IMG/VR virus record: IMGVR_UViG_3300046542_000227
Span: 203,321-267,320 of that record
Direction: 5' to 3' (one strand)
DNA length: 64,000 bases
Below, piece after piece: positions 61,710 through 64,000 of the stretch; position 1 is the first letter of the stretch; each line of letters starts with the position of its first letter. The translations under genes and the position numbers were made by a program. Under the pieces are notes generated by a model. That model did not search any database. It was not told the origin of the DNA and saw only the letters and a program-made list of their open reading frames with translations.

Positions 61710-64000
61710 GTGGAACAACGCTATCCTCGCATCCAGGCACGCACGCCACTAGGGGATGCCAACCGATCGGTGTTGAGCAAGTTGGTCCGGGATACTAATA
61801 CTCCCGGTGTCAACAATACCAACCGACATTACATTCTAACTGACCCGCTGTCGATGAACCGGATTTCCCGGAACACTGCGCAGAACGTGGTTGACTCCGA
61901 AGCGATCATGCAAGTGCTGCCAGAAATGGAGCACGTGATTCAGATTATCGTTGGTACGATTCTGAACCCGAAGGACATGTCCAACACGGATCTCAACATC
62001 GCTGTTGACGATAACTCGTTTAACAGCGAGATCACCCGCGTGCTCCTTGAGGTAGTCACTGACTACTTTAAGAAGGACTATAAGATGGGTGACCGGTTGG
62101 AGAAAGTTTTGGAGGATATTGTTGCCCGTAAAGGCGCTTATATCCAAGCCGTTCTTCCAGAAAACGCCCTCGATCTGATCATCAACGGTGAGCGTAAAAT
62201 CTCCACCGAACAGTTCGATACCTACCTCAATCGTTTCGAGCAAGGTCGCCCTCTGGGTATCCTCGGCGCGGCTGACCTGCCAGAAGACTTCGCCAAGCGC
62301 GGGCTTAAGGCTGAACAGATCTCGATCGAGTCGTTCACCCCAGAAGACCAGGTCAAGCTGCAGACCGTGGGTTTCTCTGACAGCGAACTGGTGGTTAGCG
62401 ATAACTTCCATTTGCTCAAGACGCGTACGGTCAACAACCGCCGTGCACGCATGCGGGTTAATGACCTGATCAAACGTGAAACGGTCTCTAACGAAGAACG
62501 CACCGATCCACGTGTGGGTCTGACCCCCGACCAAGTAGAAGACCTCTACCGTCGTACTACGGACAGCTACCAGCAAACACTGATCATCGAGAAGCCTGAG
62601 TTCATGGAACGGCCTTCGGTCGGCCACCCTCTCGTGCTTGACCTCGATCCAGCCGCAGTGGTACCGGTGTTCCCACCAGGACGTCCGTATGAGCCAGTAG
62701 GTCACTTTGTACTGATCGACCTGTATGGTCGCCCTGTATCGACTGACAGCTCGTCTGACTACTACAACGACATGCGCACCGACTTCGACAAGCGCTACGG
62801 GCAAAGCGATAACTCTTCGGAGCTGTTGCGTGTAACCCGTGAAGCCTTGGGTGGTGGTGATACGCAGAACAAGTACGAGATCGAACAGATCCACCAATCC
62901 TACAACAGTATTGTTGAGGCTGACCTGAAGAAGCGTTTGGTCAACGGTGCGTATCGTGAAGAGTTCGAGCTGGGCTTCTCTGAAGAAGTCAAGCGCATCA
63001 TGTTCAGTCGTCACCTGAAGAAGCAGAACACACGTCTGATCTACGTGCCTGCAGAACTGATGGTGTACTCGGCCTTCTACTACGACAGCAACGGCGTGGG
63101 TCAATCCATGCTGGCCCGTTCGAAGATCCTGGCTAACATGCGCTCGGTACTGTTGTTTGCTGAAACCATGGCCGGTGTGCGTAACGCGGTGGGTCGTAAG
63201 AAGGTCAACATCAACCTCGACCCAGGTGATCCGGACAAGACTGCTACCGTAGCCGAGATCCAGCAACTGATCTTGGAATCGGGCCGTCGTGGTTTCCCTG
63301 TGGGTGCTCCAGACCCAGGGCAGATTCTCGATTACTTGAACCGTGCTGGCTATGACTTCAGTATCAATGCCAACGGTGCCGAAGACTACCACCAGATGTC
63401 GGTAGACTACGACGACTACAACACCAACATTCAAGCCGGTAACCCTGAGCTGCAAGAACGTCTGCGGAAGATGCACATTTCCAGCATGTCGGTGCCGCCA
63501 GAGAAAGCCGACCCAGAGAACGGCGCTGAGTTCGCTACCAGTATCGTACACAACGACCTGCTGTTCGCACGTCGCATTCGTTCGATGCAGAAAGCGTTCA
63601 CTGACAGCCTCACCAAATTCGTACGGGTCTACACCCTCAACTCTTCGATCCTCGTCAACAAAATGTTGGCCAAGGTTAAAGAGAACTCGTCGATGATTGC
63701 TCAGGAATACTCGGGCAAGCCAGGCATCGAGATGGTGGAAGACTTCATCAACGCGCTGATCGTTAAGCTCCCAGAGCCAGACACCAGCCGTACCACACTG
63801 ATGTTGGAGATGCTGGAGCAACACGGCCAACTCCTCGACAAAGTGCTGGAACAATACATCACACCAGATCTGTTCCCGCCTGATGAGATGATCAAAGAAG
63901 GTTCGGTCGAGAAAGCCATTGCGGCAATCAAAGCCCACTTCATGCGTTTGTTCATTCAGGACAACAACATCCTCCCTGCGGTGGGTGTGTTGTACGAGAT
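61710..64000 (+). CDS. Portal protein (phiKZ gp129-like), 3'-truncated; absent from the ORF track
   Basis: GAGGTGG RBS then GTG; manual translation MEQRYPR...LSKLVRD...MQVLPEMEHVIQIIVGTILNPKDM; the same frame is open at the window end; divergent from the gp128-like gene as in phiKZ. Confidence 0.75.
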   Translation, partial: MEQRYPRIQARTPLGDANRSVLSKLVRDTNTPGVNNTNRHYILTDPLSMNRISRNTAQNVVDSEAIMQVLPEMEHVIQIIVGTILNPKDMSNTDLNIAVDDNSFNSEITRVLLEVVTDYFKKDYKMGDRLEKVLEDIVARKGAYIQAVLPENALDLIINGERKISTEQFDTYLNRFEQGRPLGILGAADLPEDFAKRGLKAEQISIESFTPEDQVKLQTVGFSDSELVVSDNFHLLKTRTVNNRRARMRVNDLIKRETVSNEERTDPRVGLTPDQVEDLYRRTTDSYQQTLIIEKPEFMERPSVGHPLVLDLDPAAVVPVFPPGRPYEPVGHFVLIDLYGRPVSTDSSSDYYNDMRTDFDKRYGQSDNSSELLRVTREALGGGDTQNKYEIEQIHQSYNSIVEADLKKRLVNGAYREEFELGFSEEVKRIMFSRHLKKQNTRLIYVPAELMVYSAFYYDSNGVGQSMLARSKILANMRSVLLFAETMAGVRNAVGRKKVNINLDPGDPDKTATVAEIQQLILESGRRGFPVGAPDPGQILDYLNRAGYDFSINANGAEDYHQMSVDYDDYNTNIQAGNPELQERLRKMHISSMSVPPEKADPENGAEFATSIVHNDLLFARRIRSMQKAFTDSLTKFVRVYTLNSSILVNKMLAKVKENSSMIAQEYSGKPGIEMVEDFINALIVKLPEPDTSRTTLMLEMLEQHGQLLDKVLEQYITPDLFPPDEMIKEGSVEKAIAAIKAHFMRLFIQDNNILPAVGVLYE

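Noticed and set aside
61836-63938. 700-aa minus-strand ORF
   Set aside because: Antisense shadow of the portal gene, which the track omitted because it has no stop inside the window.
1-64000. Inteins, introns, tRNAs or genome-wide stop-codon reassignment
   Set aside because: Core genes have expected lengths and uninterrupted motifs; all three stop codons terminate genes normally; no cloverleaf was recognised by eye (tRNAscan-SE or Infernal would be decisive).

Overview
A 64-kb segment of a phiKZ-related (Chimalliviridae-type, nucleus-forming) jumbo phage genome. The host is most likely a Pseudomonas, inferred from a close AmrZ homologue. Gene order follows the phiKZ gp74-gp129 block: nvRNAP beta' C-terminal subunit (partial), SF2 helicase, gp76/77-like pair, vRNAP beta' subunit, three virion repeat/Kelch proteins, MazG-like protein, split family-B DNA polymerase subunit, head, inner-body, baseplate and neck proteins, an early-promoter accessory island (DarG-like macrodomain, AmrZ-like protein), DnaB helicase, major capsid protein, nvRNAP beta subunit, baseplate genes and a portal gene running off the right end. 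phiKZ gp numbers are assigned from synteny and remembered motifs, not from a search. The main unexpected signal is three candidate translational recoding events missed by the ORF track. (1) A dnaX-type A_AAA_AAG -1 site would fuse the DNA polymerase subunit to a conserved-looking domain that has no usable start codon. (2) A G_TTT_TTC -1 site would join the gp77/gp76-like pair in the manner of G/GT tail-assembly chaperones. (3) The capsid UGA stop is followed in frame by a periodic R-x-L-E-(D/G)-G peptide folded in a stem-loop. The window also holds a family of CATA-hairpin-TATG intergenic elements, five aligned early-promoter motifs and several candidate counter-defence genes. No tRNA, rRNA, CRISPR array, intein or transposase was recognised.
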